A stretch of 64,000 nucleotides of DNA. Origin: a virus. Shown in pieces: positions 40,901-48,550 of the stretch; the first letter of the stretch is position 1; each line of letters opens with the position of its first letter. The stretch lies in the IMG/VR virus record IMGVR_UViG_3300034198_015644, positions 32,001 to 96,000 of that record, one strand, 5' to 3'. Both the position numbers and the translations under genes were made by a program. Below the pieces are notes generated by a model. It was not told the origin of the DNA. It worked only from the letters and a program-made list of their open reading frames with translations, and made no database searches.

Positions 40901-43438
40901 CATTGTGAACCAACAAATGTAAATAGTGGGAATATATTTTCAATACCTAGTGGAACTACCTTTAATCAATTTATGGATTTGATTAGCACTCAATTAATAG
41001 ATGTTAAAGATAGACAATCTATATCTGCGTATCCATTACTCAGATATTTTTACGACAAATATTTAGGATTGTGTGGTTTAGATAATTGTAATACCAGTAG
41101 TGGACAATATAACTACAATACCTTAAATAATTTTGCACAATTAATTGGAGATTATTGGATAGATTTAGTAGAACAATTTGTTCCTGCCACAACAATTTGG
41201 GGTGGAGACGGTGGAGGAAGAGGAACCAGAACATATTCAAATAATATGTTTGACCAACCTAAATTTGAATACAGAAATTTTTCATTTGGTTATTGTAGTG
41301 ATTATTGTTTTCAAATAGGGGCAACTTCACCACTTAATACATCAACATGTTATGTCGCATCTTCATTAATTAAAACTGTTGACACACCATTGACACCTCC
41401 AAATTTCGGTGAATGGGTAAATCAAAATATATTAGGAGGACAATCAACAATTGCAGGTAGAATATCTTCAGGGGTTCGTTTATGTGCTAGTCAAAACTCT
41501 CAATATAATGGATTATGTGACTGTATTAATGCACCAAACCCATGTTTAATTTCGGCAAATATAAATTTGTCGATGACAGAAGGTCCTTTAACTGTTAATA
41601 TCGCACTACCAATCGTGACCAATTTAAATACGGCACCAAATCAGACAGATTTTTTAAATGCAATATATGCGGGATTAACACAATTAGGTTATAGTACAAC
41701 AATAAATCCTCCATATAATAATTTATTGTGGAGTAAAGATAGTGCAATTGGTTGTAATGATGATATAACACCAAATTTAACGGTAGATATTGTTTATTCT
41801 TGTATAACAGGTAGTACTTTAGTGCCAGGATCAGGAAATGCTTTTGTGTACGATTCACTCAATTATAATTTCCCTAGTACAAGTACATTCAATATTGGTC
41901 AAGTTGCGTTTAGTGGTGATGTTATATATGGTGTAGTTAAAGGTGATCCTGCTTCAAATAATAATTTTGGTTATCTATATTCTTACAATAAAAATACAAG
42001 TACTTTATCAATATTAAAATTATTTGGTATTATAGGAAATTCATTAAGACATCCTAATGGAGGATTAGTTTTGGGTAATGATGGTTGGTTATATGGAACT
42101 TCACTTTATAATAATGCCCCTGGTACTTTGTATTATGATTGGGGTGCAATATTTAGGTACAACCCAATTACTGCACAGTTCCAAATATTAACTAATTTTA
42201 ATCCTTCGATTGGAAATGGTAAAGTGACAAATTCAAGTAGAATACTTTACCATAGTAATGGTAAACTTTACATACCTTTAGTTGATTATACAAATATAAC
42301 ATCATACATTTATGAATTAGACATAACTCAACCAACTCCAATAGGAAACGCTTTTCTAACATTAGGGTATCAAACGGGTGAAGTATTTTTGTCTGAAGAT
42401 ACGGCAAATTTATTGGGATCTAACTATATTTTTGGTACTACAAGTTTAGGTGGTACATTTAATAAGGGAACTATTTTTAGATTTGTACCAAATATATTTA
42501 CACCATTATTTAACATAGTTTATCATTTTGGTAGTTCAACTACAATTTTAAGTGAAAATCCAAGTGGACCATTATTACAATCTCCAACAATAGGGTCGTA
42601 TAATATATTTTATGGACTAACAAATGGGTCAACGGCAGTAAAACAAACTTTATATGAATTTGACGTATACCAGTCACCAACACCAAGTGCGGTATCCGTT
42701 ATCCACACATTTGATGGTACAACACCACCCGAAGGTAGAAATCCAGAAGGTAATTTAGTTATATCGAATAATAAATTATATGGACAAACCACATCAGGAG
42801 GTTTAGGATATGGCGAAATATTTGAGTATGATTTAATTGCCAATACGAATCAATATAATATTGTACATCAGTTTATTAACGGAGCCAATGGAGCTAACAC
42901 ACCTCAAAGCTACCCTTATTTGACGTATAATCCTAACGATAATTACATATATAGTGTTACACCTTATGGTGGATTTAATAAGAATGGTACATTGTATAGA
43001 TTTGCCTATACCGGAACACCAACAACTTACACATATCAATCAGGAATTTTTAATTGTAATGATTTACCTTTATTGGCAACTTCATTACCTGTACTAAATA
43101 AACTTAGTGTTTCATTCAGTGCTGATTCTGGTACGACAGTATCAACTGCGATTAGCGGACTTTCAAATTGCATTACGTCACAACAAGGGACAGGAAATTG
43201 TCCTGGTTATGTAAACAATCCGGGTGTTGAAGTAATCGTACAAGATTTGACAAGTTTAATTGATAATCCATGTGTTGAACCACCATTAGTTGCACAATGT
43301 AATACAATTTTTGCTACTCACATAGATAATGATATTTGGTTTGATGGTTGGGTAACGGTAATTACAGGTGCAACATATAATAACAATAGTATTACTACAG
43401 TCTTTACTGCATCAACTTCTAATACGGGAGCTATTTAA
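28949..43438 (+). CDS. Giant tail-fibre/adhesin-like protein with GloVer propellers, many SprB repeats, an internal GH-like domain and a C-terminal putative baseplate-anchoring region
   Basis: 4829 aa. GloVer repeats at the N-terminus and at about 41.8-43.0 kb; canonical SprB repeats 'GG.PPY.YS..GG......F.GL..G.Y...V.D.SGC' at about 34.8-39.0 kb; 'DNKKSW' and 'GDYWIDLVEQFVPATTIW' region. Confidence 0.75.
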   Translation: MPYIFNDKYYKIIHKIGLNNLSQQSNSSLIIPNSFLNNLFYATTEETSLVGSNFRGTIYRADADGNVFDVLYLFSGLTQPLTLFKDGDGDRPIGSLIEAPNGLLYGTTDGGGVWTNSSQTPIYGNGILFSYDPLGNTYNILYRFSGITNFDPIPSLTDGGRPQANLKVISGTTIFGTTCAGGYNPIGGGTELGSIWKFDTSTNTYSILHHITASTEGRKVTELILANDDNLYFTTKFDGAGFPWPAGGSLVKLDLNGNSTVIHQFTNTPDGADPSASLLQASNNLIYGTTTQGGTGGYGTIYTCDTSGNYGIIYNFLGGINGQNPSGSLYEYSPGLFYGMAYGGGNFNLGVIYSSDTFGNVGVIHHFGSFYLDGESNYRQITNLSTGVNGSLFGVTNGGGIGSGTIYTWIDTCSFIYSRSGTTLNYFDPNHIEYSYYFETISPSNIRVAFACRNNNLFWRKITTSFNVIDEFTLGNFLDEAPVINRNIFLPPAAFKGMAYAGPNQLFVNNRTSQRVELYDITNTSATLITPVFSLPITHQFSIGNYTDSLYVNNTQTVFYINFNNTFTSFDSSGQILNDGAPPLGNVVSMYVHNGDIYTTTDNNLIYLTEPSAPSGWTFTLIGNTPYNEPMYAIAQDNISECLLSIPTVDYSCVTLFVRYADDFYIYELDPNNPDILNYRFKPFYATTQLATNGIYLWAHRSTVPSSFIDVYDLAASYATLNGVLVPSMQITVPINTRLGGIFYISPNQLYVVNETLNTVELWDISTPPTPIITTVFNIPAPYSPVILNSSYNSLYVDLNNNIFYLTTFTDFVSFSVTPGNPNPTVLNTSSSTILPNGHQIINMYLDNGQIYVTTQQGYIYLAQPAVGGGWTFIQQTFIPRPTRFGVTQTYAEDCVGTVPPTPLTGCVITGLTVTGCSDFVIVSGDSQDITCLHDGSVSIQISGGCPNYTYTLYHPNISTQVNQVVTPNKNWTFTGLTDPGNYYVSISGCSGATLVTLSPFTILDNNTFYNNIFQLNNEEFCVTVSGGTLPYIITIDGVSQTYQSADTYCFSASCLTPPSPSLIRCRLSNNNGRINRAWDGTPLSPCQHTFTILDLTVNGVQYGPGTPLTVTAPSGLMAGIGTDGNSYVTNITDWINSYVPAGFTFWDDMKVVDRPVGSTFNLTISYFNACAGTTQQYTYNDSTGWTIPGPQTYSTYDCVPLTIGGGSQTGRTVTISDAEGCSASTVINYTCETPTISISGTNLCCNNDGSVSITVNNGVPAFSVTGTNATTGEEIIVTSPTTPINIDHLTPGNWTFVVQDSYGNLITTNNTINLIRSYNVDFFSASTSPTGTTFCFSGESCLDYLNVIIEATGQITSINLNPTPDAWFGTDGIIDTNTLYCFDIPIEYCGNDVINILFFNGLNTNINVLSGSFTNPTCQALFGYVGAQEGTWVNGYPAYWFTLNNGIDVVVYFDLTLNLWVWKNRNSGTICSSSPDLINWTSINTSPNCQCVDSFTSSIVIAVDSCGYIYESISLPCPTLTLSGTSVNPTCIQNCSGTITLTSSGGQSPFTFQLTDSNGNTLLNSIGQPTIATNITTNSYTFTNLCSGTYYTLITDSAFPIPATANTTPIVLINTFIASANVLPITINGTGGTICFTVTGGSGNYNIDIQDTNYTYPPVNDTIVDGETCFDLPFGCYDWSIIDPSTLCQYTGNTCIPETPFGCGDYTYTDPTCTNDGTLTINVSGGTGPYQFDLYLNGIFNQTGTNSVETFTFQNLVAGTYNVLVTDLGSGTVLDCVTVTLVNTFSVQFISGSTCENPGYYCVSFSGGNPPYIIEFDQTIQYVEYIAGTYCYQAPCGTYELTVSDSAIIGNCYQVQVYTKGLGGFIITTDINGNEIANTVPISLSPQTFYFCSFSAPYYSVSGPPYSPYVPPSPYYLNISTSGDCSSTNCGGSTIGGCSDSQTITISCGVDLSATTVGNPCGQNGQGSITIFNIGGSPNFQYSINGGLTYQSSNYFTGLNSGTYDITILDASGCTASTQAVIGYQTNLSVSASTTPENCDYSSGGTITINIVGGTPTYSISLNGGLPTTQTYYTGLTVGTYTFNITDSEGCTATIDVTIEPPISLSGTITTSESCSYSPSLNQYLALKVESLINYLGNDVLENEHINYAVCQGYTIFQSYGVAKIWRTLSPTVTNPQGLNRAQAEARLSVFLGKIYSAGLLPVALLGDTADMDWLASVDAVNANKFWGIGLENEFWNGAVSFANWVSYLNYLKVTYPQYFRMAYLANPAGTWGATEALQIIDAQIDVIEITNYNSGKPNPNWGSFVNQLNLLSTAANIRGVNQKFIPLWSAEYNGNSGNNFSGQYFGVTTNYTKINPSAVLTQYDIDFAAVTYAYPPNLTKVGFSMYEYIYAIDAGVLPQCTNLSGSITASTITSGGTGVYSTSGTLTINANGGYAPYQYSVDGGAFGTSNYFTGLNGGIHNFVVIDASGCTVSGTTTIGGAFEFETSVTSLDCLTTSSATICVTSISGGYPPYTYSINGGSFSSSNCFSGLSSGSYTIAAQDLSGCSATTVVFISAPSPIIVNANVIDSISCLDGSSASGGTITITATNGTSPYYYSIDSGLNYQTLNTFINVPVGTYTIVVKDSLNCTGTTTVNVGTRPSFSISASSTPDNCSLTGLGSLTINVIGGYSPYYYSIDGGLFFNGPINSNSYYQGGLNPGVYDIVVEDSSGCTATTQVTIITSEDLTIGVVTTPETCNYNSGGTATISVTGGTPTFTYSLNGSSPVSSNYFTGLTVGTYTVTVTDSLGCNDTITFTIDPPINISGNTTPQPCNGISGGTLTINASSGNPPYTYSVDGGSFTNNNYFTGLTTGSHTIIVKDASGCTASTITQVNPPIIVSAVTTPENCLYTSAGTITIVSTIGGTSPYTYSVNGGSFTNLTYYTGLTFGSYNIIVKDISGCSATTQVTINPPIPVSGTVVTTNLDCNNTNIGTLLITAYGGTSPYTYSVNGGSYTSQNYYFGLSAGTYNITIKDVYGCSATTSGIVSTATPITVSAVSVTAITCTGVSVADLTLIPNGGTPPYTFLWKPINVNTQTVNTGNYITSPGTYTYSGSVVDRYGCSASTTVTFTILSAFTPTLDIIATGDLSCDGSSYVTISAITSGYNTICWSTGQCGVSSITANTPGSYSYYITLSGCVYSSDTVILDYVDVPPPIVGYDANLCICSSTDVSLINNGFTYTDILWNNGETASSFSVSSCTPTGYTFYLTAKDQYGCPVTSNTVTIVFSELDVDVYTNNSVCLECGICIDGYAEVVVNKGTPPYVFSWTGVNSTTNVVDNLQPGNYCVSVTDAAGCFESICFTISATTPTDCTYEPVKDPNGNIILNPDGTISFTDPAINVGPVARISITNYSPTEECCLSNSTTALPLLYCDCKCYWSKPSCSSGDTIIDKIILGTNGNNGIQLINSTPKNNQTIKCQYQVTFNYLFNFDCQSLNDCVQTNYSGDVLTFLSGLSAFATVEVLTTGGTYTTQQIAPIWNFDFYNQPTGVYFGGQNCDLITQSIFNSLGTNCTALTENTFAAIWKTASFKIYDSLVGETIKLGMILEGFGCEYNILLDNIQINEVCVVTEEQIITPPNGGCPGFELEKIVDNKKSWIYNETTYNRDWFHLKYRDTSYIDYDERLDINTKEVDLEVNVSRAINYDIYCYATSPQNCLTISGCNNPNLVVGLMTSIDYCSLGIPYLNDMSGFTGPGRIYFFDALGTLTTDVNQIVNAPAGGLYWDGTDINGVDRTSYFAPITGNTGVLYICQSGVTAAFKFEPNTLQLYYFNSCCLPQIPNSVRPTFMCWPTNTGLSYLQTITPASTLFSAGLVYLYYVLGTGVPPSIQPSNPWVQFPNVTTYTGSVLTFATSGLTAGQTYDFQFSIRVNGTNNPPQPIVYIAFGVGQGGTQVTLLDNITGATNNGTITYNFTQTITGPLTQYNEFFIRIINGTSTKTYFVNYNDLIITEHCEPTNVNSGNIFSIPSGTTFNQFMDLISTQLIDVKDRQSISAYPLLRYFYDKYLGLCGLDNCNTSSGQYNYNTLNNFAQLIGDYWIDLVEQFVPATTIWGGDGGGRGTRTYSNNMFDQPKFEYRNFSFGYCSDYCFQIGATSPLNTSTCYVASSLIKTVDTPLTPPNFGEWVNQNILGGQSTIAGRISSGVRLCASQNSQYNGLCDCINAPNPCLISANINLSMTEGPLTVNIALPIVTNLNTAPNQTDFLNAIYAGLTQLGYSTTINPPYNNLLWSKDSAIGCNDDITPNLTVDIVYSCITGSTLVPGSGNAFVYDSLNYNFPSTSTFNIGQVAFSGDVIYGVVKGDPASNNNFGYLYSYNKNTSTLSILKLFGIIGNSLRHPNGGLVLGNDGWLYGTSLYNNAPGTLYYDWGAIFRYNPITAQFQILTNFNPSIGNGKVTNSSRILYHSNGKLYIPLVDYTNITSYIYELDITQPTPIGNAFLTLGYQTGEVFLSEDTANLLGSNYIFGTTSLGGTFNKGTIFRFVPNIFTPLFNIVYHFGSSTTILSENPSGPLLQSPTIGSYNIFYGLTNGSTAVKQTLYEFDVYQSPTPSAVSVIHTFDGTTPPEGRNPEGNLVISNNKLYGQTTSGGLGYGEIFEYDLIANTNQYNIVHQFINGANGANTPQSYPYLTYNPNDNYIYSVTPYGGFNKNGTLYRFAYTGTPTTYTYQSGIFNCNDLPLLATSLPVLNKLSVSFSADSGTTVSTAISGLSNCITSQQGTGNCPGYVNNPGVEVIVQDLTSLIDNPCVEPPLVAQCNTIFATHIDNDIWFDGWVTVITGATYNNNSITTVFTASTSNTGAI

Positions 43439-43462
43439 AAGTGATTAAAAAATTAAATTGAC

Positions 43463-45220
43463 ATGGGAGATATGTTTAAAACTGAAGGTATGGTAATCCA
43501 AGAGATTACAACTAAAGATGTAAAAAATTTAGACGTAAAAAATTTTTATGAAAGTAAAGATTATATTAATTACGATAATACCTATGTAAGTTTGACTAGA
43601 CAAGATTATGGTGAATCTAAAATAGATTTTTTAATTGACGGAAGAACTGTAGGTCAAATAGTGGCAGGTTTTATTGATGGTTATGTATTAAATACTAGTG
43701 GTTTGACCATACATGAAAATTTTAAATATCAAAATGATCATACTTCAAAAGGAAAATCAATAAATAATTTTAATGAAAGGTCGGATTATCACGTTTTCTT
43801 TTTACCAACTTATACAATTGATGGTGCGACTAAAATAATGACAGGAGTTACAAGTGCATCTACGGGTGTTTATATTGTAGATACTTTAAGTAGTCTAACT
43901 TTTACTACAATTTTCAATGACACTTCAGGATATACAACATCATTTTTTGTAAATAATAATGGAATAAAATTTGAACTTTTTCAAAGAACAACTCCAAGTA
44001 CAATATTTGCAAGTCCATATCCTGCGCCAGCACCACCAATTATTGGTTTCGTAGTAAATCCAATATTTAATCAAAATATAATTGATAGTACGGATTATTT
44101 TACTAAGGTAAATTTAGAGAACTACGTAACATCTTATTCTTCAGTAACATATACTTTTGATTTAACTAATTTTGAAGGAGAATTTGTAATCAAAGGGCTA
44201 TTTAAATGGACAAATTTTAGTTATTTTTCTAATTTAATTGGTAGTGAATATTACCAAAATAAAATAACAGGAATTTACCCTAATAATTTATATAACATAT
44301 ATGATCCTGATAAAGATTATTATTTTATTTATTTAAAAAAGGCTGAAAAACCTAAAATAACATCTAATATTTTTACACAAACTAATTTGCCATTAAATGT
44401 TATTAGCTTAGCCCCTTGTTTTGACGGACAAGTAGATTATCCAATCGCAAACGATATTAATACAGTGACTAGTAGTATATTGGTAACAGTTAATGGTATT
44501 GTTTTATCTACTGATGAATATATTTATTCATCCAATACCTTATCAATTATTAGTGGGTATTTGAAAATGGATGATATTATAACTTTAGCATATTCTAACC
44601 AAATAAATACCCCACCAATACAGACAGAATCTTATAAAATTACTTCAATACCAAACACAACTTACCCTAATTATGGGCAAAAAGTTATATATAATACTTC
44701 TAAAAATAAGTACGAATATTGGTTAGATTATGAATCGGTTGGAGATCTAGTTTTATCGGTAAACGGTCAAATTTTGCCAAATAATATTGATTTTTATGTC
44801 TCATCTTCAAATAAAAAAAGGATTATTTTTGAAAATGTTTTAAATATCGATGATATTATTACCGTTTTCTACAATTCGGTATTAAATAATGGGAACAAAA
44901 TAACCTCATCAGTATATAATTTAAATTGGAGTCTAAATGAGGCACCTAAAAATAATTCAGGATATTTCCAAGTTCAAGTGGCAAATTATAGTGACACTAC
45001 ATTTAGTAGTCCTATATTTACAGGTATTACACTTTACAATCAAAATATTGTAAATTATAATATGAATATTTCATTTAGTGGTAATTATGGGGACAAATTT
45101 TTAGTTAGAGTTATAAATTATAAAAATTACTATACCATTTTAAATGAATTAATACAAACAATAAATTATAGTGAAATAGTACCGTTGACTATTTCTACAA
45201 ACGCATTAAATAACTATTAA
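43463..45220 (+). CDS. Putative tail/baseplate structural protein with tandem small beta-domains and an FN3-like C-terminus
   Basis: 585 aa; repeated 'V.VNG..L....Y.......L..DDIIT..Y' units. Confidence 0.5.
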   Translation: MGDMFKTEGMVIQEITTKDVKNLDVKNFYESKDYINYDNTYVSLTRQDYGESKIDFLIDGRTVGQIVAGFIDGYVLNTSGLTIHENFKYQNDHTSKGKSINNFNERSDYHVFFLPTYTIDGATKIMTGVTSASTGVYIVDTLSSLTFTTIFNDTSGYTTSFFVNNNGIKFELFQRTTPSTIFASPYPAPAPPIIGFVVNPIFNQNIIDSTDYFTKVNLENYVTSYSSVTYTFDLTNFEGEFVIKGLFKWTNFSYFSNLIGSEYYQNKITGIYPNNLYNIYDPDKDYYFIYLKKAEKPKITSNIFTQTNLPLNVISLAPCFDGQVDYPIANDINTVTSSILVTVNGIVLSTDEYIYSSNTLSIISGYLKMDDIITLAYSNQINTPPIQTESYKITSIPNTTYPNYGQKVIYNTSKNKYEYWLDYESVGDLVLSVNGQILPNNIDFYVSSSNKKRIIFENVLNIDDIITVFYNSVLNNGNKITSSVYNLNWSLNEAPKNNSGYFQVQVANYSDTTFSSPIFTGITLYNQNIVNYNMNISFSGNYGDKFLVRVINYKNYYTILNELIQTINYSEIVPLTISTNALNNY

Positions 45221-45246
45221 CAACATATTTATAAATAAAATAACAG

Positions 45247-47352
45247 ATGAGTTATATTATCAAAGAAACTAGCCCCTTTATTGGGGTAAAATTGACTGAA
45301 ATAGGTCGCCAAAAATTGGCTATGGGTCAATTGACATTTAATCAATGGGCTGCCGGTGATTCTGAAATAGATTACGGATACGTCTCACCAAATTTACCTG
45401 GGGTAAATGAAATGATATTGAGACCAAAAGACGAACAACCCAATTTAAAATATTATCTAAGAAAAATTGATGGATCAATTAAGACAAATTTGAGTTCCGC
45501 AAATCTTAGAGTTTTGGGTATTACAGTTAATAATAAAGCGGATGAAAGAGGATTTTTTAATATAGCGGGAGATCCCACTACAGGGTGGCCAATACAGACA
45601 GGATCTACCTACATTAAAACTACAGGTACATTACCTTGTAATTTATTTAATGGGGGTAACACAATAAATTTAGGTACAACTAATTTTAGTGATTGTGATT
45701 TTGTTTTATTTATTGTAACAAATCCGGTAAATGGAACATTGTCTCCACAATCTTTTTCATATGTACCAGTTCCATATTTGTGGTTCAAAATTGTTTCAGG
45801 GGGGACTTCAGGTTCAATAGTGACACTAGATAGGGATTTACCAGATTTAAGTTTTTTTGGTACGTGTAATTCTAGTACACAAATTCAATACATCATATAC
45901 CCAGGTTGTAATGACCCAATAAATACATTTTATGGTAGTGGATGTACTTCCGCATATTGGAATACAGGTACATTGTCTTTTGATTCTTGTTGTGAAATAT
46001 CGGTTAGTGATGTTTTAGTTTGGAATCAAAATAACGTTTGGTGTGAAGATATCATTGGAACTCAATCAGGTACAGAAACACATAGAGATTATGGATCTAT
46101 TGATTATATAGGAGAAAAACAATATTTAGGTTTTCCATGTGAATGTCCTGCGGCAGATTCTGAAGTTAATTGTTGTGATCCGGCTGAAAGTATACGAGAC
46201 GGTTTCCAAAAAGGAATTGGAATAATTCACTATACAAATAATACAATATCTAATTTTTATGGTGAATTTTTCTATGTAGATGGACCTAGTGGCAAAGTTT
46301 TAACTTTAGATGTACCTACAGTCATGTGGTATAATAGGGATTTTGGTGGTGTGTCGGGAACAGGAGATATTATAGGAATGAGATTTGTTTCGGATACTAC
46401 ATTAAAATATGTTACAGGTACTGACATTCAATATTATGATTTAATAGAGGACGCAACATACAGTTCAACACCGACAGCACCATTAGTGGTCGGTAGAGTA
46501 TACCCACAATTAAAAATTGTGGTTATAACAGATGAAGAATTATTGGCGGCGATGTCGTATAAATCAAATAGAAATTGGACTTTACCCGAATTAAAAGCTA
46601 CTCTTACTAACCCATCTAGTGGAACAGGATTGTTATCGCCGGGCGAAACTTTATATCTAACTTATGACATTAGACCAACTTCGGGGTTACAACCATCATT
46701 ACCTTGTCAATATTATGTAAAAATAACTAACACAACAGTTACAAGTAAAGATGTTTATTTCCACATAAATGGTTTGGGTAAGTTACCATATATGCGAGAA
46801 GTTGAGCAGTTAGGATATGACGGTTTAGGGTTTTATGGACATCAATTTGTTTTACTATCACAAATAGTAACGACTAGTGGAGGTTGCCGACCCGACTCTT
46901 CAATGTGGAGACAAACAATATGGACAGATCCATCTGGAGGCACATTAAGTCCAACTGAAATTGAAGATCAAAATCCTGTTGTCAACGATTTCTTATTGAC
47001 AGTGGCTAGATATAGTGGAGCTACTTACTATGATAATACTATATTGGGCGTACCATTAATTGGGCAAACTAATATAATGAATTTTGGGGATGAAAGATTT
47101 TTTTATGGAAATTTAGATACGTATATCGGTGCTAAAATTTTTAAAACAATTTTTAGTCTCAGTGTAGATAGAAGTCAATTTGTTAGTACTACTAACCCAT
47201 CATATACAACTAGTAACAATGGAATACTTAATTTAAGTGAGATTGGAATATATGATAATTTATCTAATTTAGTTATGATTGGTAAATTTAGTACTCCCGT
47301 GATACTTCCGCCGGGATCAATTGCGGATATTGAAATGACATTAGATTTTTAA
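45247..47352 (+). CDS. Tail-collar/fibre-attachment-like structural protein (DUF3751-like termini)
   Basis: 701 aa; N-terminal 'KLTEIGRQKLA....F...A.GDSEIDY' and C-terminal 'LSEIGIYD....LVMIGKFS.P'. Confidence 0.55.
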   Translation: MSYIIKETSPFIGVKLTEIGRQKLAMGQLTFNQWAAGDSEIDYGYVSPNLPGVNEMILRPKDEQPNLKYYLRKIDGSIKTNLSSANLRVLGITVNNKADERGFFNIAGDPTTGWPIQTGSTYIKTTGTLPCNLFNGGNTINLGTTNFSDCDFVLFIVTNPVNGTLSPQSFSYVPVPYLWFKIVSGGTSGSIVTLDRDLPDLSFFGTCNSSTQIQYIIYPGCNDPINTFYGSGCTSAYWNTGTLSFDSCCEISVSDVLVWNQNNVWCEDIIGTQSGTETHRDYGSIDYIGEKQYLGFPCECPAADSEVNCCDPAESIRDGFQKGIGIIHYTNNTISNFYGEFFYVDGPSGKVLTLDVPTVMWYNRDFGGVSGTGDIIGMRFVSDTTLKYVTGTDIQYYDLIEDATYSSTPTAPLVVGRVYPQLKIVVITDEELLAAMSYKSNRNWTLPELKATLTNPSSGTGLLSPGETLYLTYDIRPTSGLQPSLPCQYYVKITNTTVTSKDVYFHINGLGKLPYMREVEQLGYDGLGFYGHQFVLLSQIVTTSGGCRPDSSMWRQTIWTDPSGGTLSPTEIEDQNPVVNDFLLTVARYSGATYYDNTILGVPLIGQTNIMNFGDERFFYGNLDTYIGAKIFKTIFSLSVDRSQFVSTTNPSYTTSNNGILNLSEIGIYDNLSNLVMIGKFSTPVILPPGSIADIEMTLDF

Positions 47353-47363
47353 AAACTTATAAA

Positions 47364-48545
47364 ATGGGATTTGTACCTGGACTTACAACACAAATAGAGA
47401 CATTTTTAACAAATAAAGGTGCTCAACAAATAATGACAAATGGAATTGGAATAATTAAATATTTCGCAGTTAGTGATGACGCTTCTAACTATGTAACTTC
47501 TGACCCATTAACCTACAATCAAGTGTTTACACTTGGGGGTAAATTATTGATAGATAATAAATCTTTATCCGTAGTTAATGATCAAGAATTGAATTTACGA
47601 ATTTTAGTTGATAATAGTTCTGAAACATTTAAAGGTTTTTTGGGGGAATCAGGTTCTATTATAATAGAAGAATCGGTAGGCGGTATTAACACATCTAATT
47701 TTTATAACATATATTCTTACACCGTAAATAGAAATACTATTAATTATCAATTAAATTGGGTTACCGATTTGAGATTACCGTATGGTGCGGGAGATAATAT
47801 TGCTTGGAGTACACCATTTAATGGTGGAGGGTTTTCAAATACTGCAATTAGTGATATGTATAATAACGAATTTTTATTGTTTAATATTGATGGATCGCAA
47901 CATGCAATAATGGATGGTAAATCAATTAAAATGACTTTACCATACTATACGTCTACTGTAGATATATATGGTACGTTTTTAAACACCAATATGAACAGGT
48001 CATTTTATGATGGACAATACAGTGATCAATCTCAATATATGAGAAGATTTGGATCTAATGCAATTTTATTATTTTGTGACGATATAATGAGACCTAATGG
48101 AGGTAATCCTTCATTATCTTGGTCTACAGGATATAATTATTCTAACGCACCATTCACACAAGGTGCTAAAAGTTTGGCAAATTATGTAAGTAATGGGTCT
48201 TTAAACAAAGATACTGCAGTCGGTATTGCATACCTTGATAAAGGAGTCATTGTAATATTTAACAATGTGTTGTATAATGGATATGTGGGTAGAAGTAATG
48301 ATAATATTTCTATTAACAATAGAAATTTAACTAGAAGAAGTGTGGTTAATTATATATGTGATTTACCCATAGGCAATTACACTAGATCCCAAAACCCTAC
48401 ATTTACTACCAATACACCGATTAGGATATCTTCAATAGGTTTATTTAATGAGAATAAAGAATTGATGGCAATAGGTAGATTTAACCAAGAAGTTACTAAA
48501 AATCCTGCACAAAGGTTGACATTTATGGTTAAATTAGTAATTTAA
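47364..48545 (+). CDS. Paralogous tail-collar-like structural protein
   Basis: 393 aa; 'FLTNKG....IKYFAVSDD..NY' and 'SQNPTF....IRISSIGLFNENKELMAIGRF' mirror the termini of the upstream gene. Confidence 0.55.
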   Translation: MGFVPGLTTQIETFLTNKGAQQIMTNGIGIIKYFAVSDDASNYVTSDPLTYNQVFTLGGKLLIDNKSLSVVNDQELNLRILVDNSSETFKGFLGESGSIIIEESVGGINTSNFYNIYSYTVNRNTINYQLNWVTDLRLPYGAGDNIAWSTPFNGGGFSNTAISDMYNNEFLLFNIDGSQHAIMDGKSIKMTLPYYTSTVDIYGTFLNTNMNRSFYDGQYSDQSQYMRRFGSNAILLFCDDIMRPNGGNPSLSWSTGYNYSNAPFTQGAKSLANYVSNGSLNKDTAVGIAYLDKGVIVIFNNVLYNGYVGRSNDNISINNRNLTRRSVVNYICDLPIGNYTRSQNPTFTTNTPIRISSIGLFNENKELMAIGRFNQEVTKNPAQRLTFMVKLVI

Positions 48546-48550
48546 TTCGT

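Noticed and set aside
14619-43438. Bacterial chromosomal gliding-adhesin (sprB) locus or eukaryotic giant-virus origin
   Set aside because: There are no signal peptides, T9SS CTDs or sprF/porP partners. The flanks are phage baseplate, primase, gp46/47-like and sigma70 genes with bacterial promoters.
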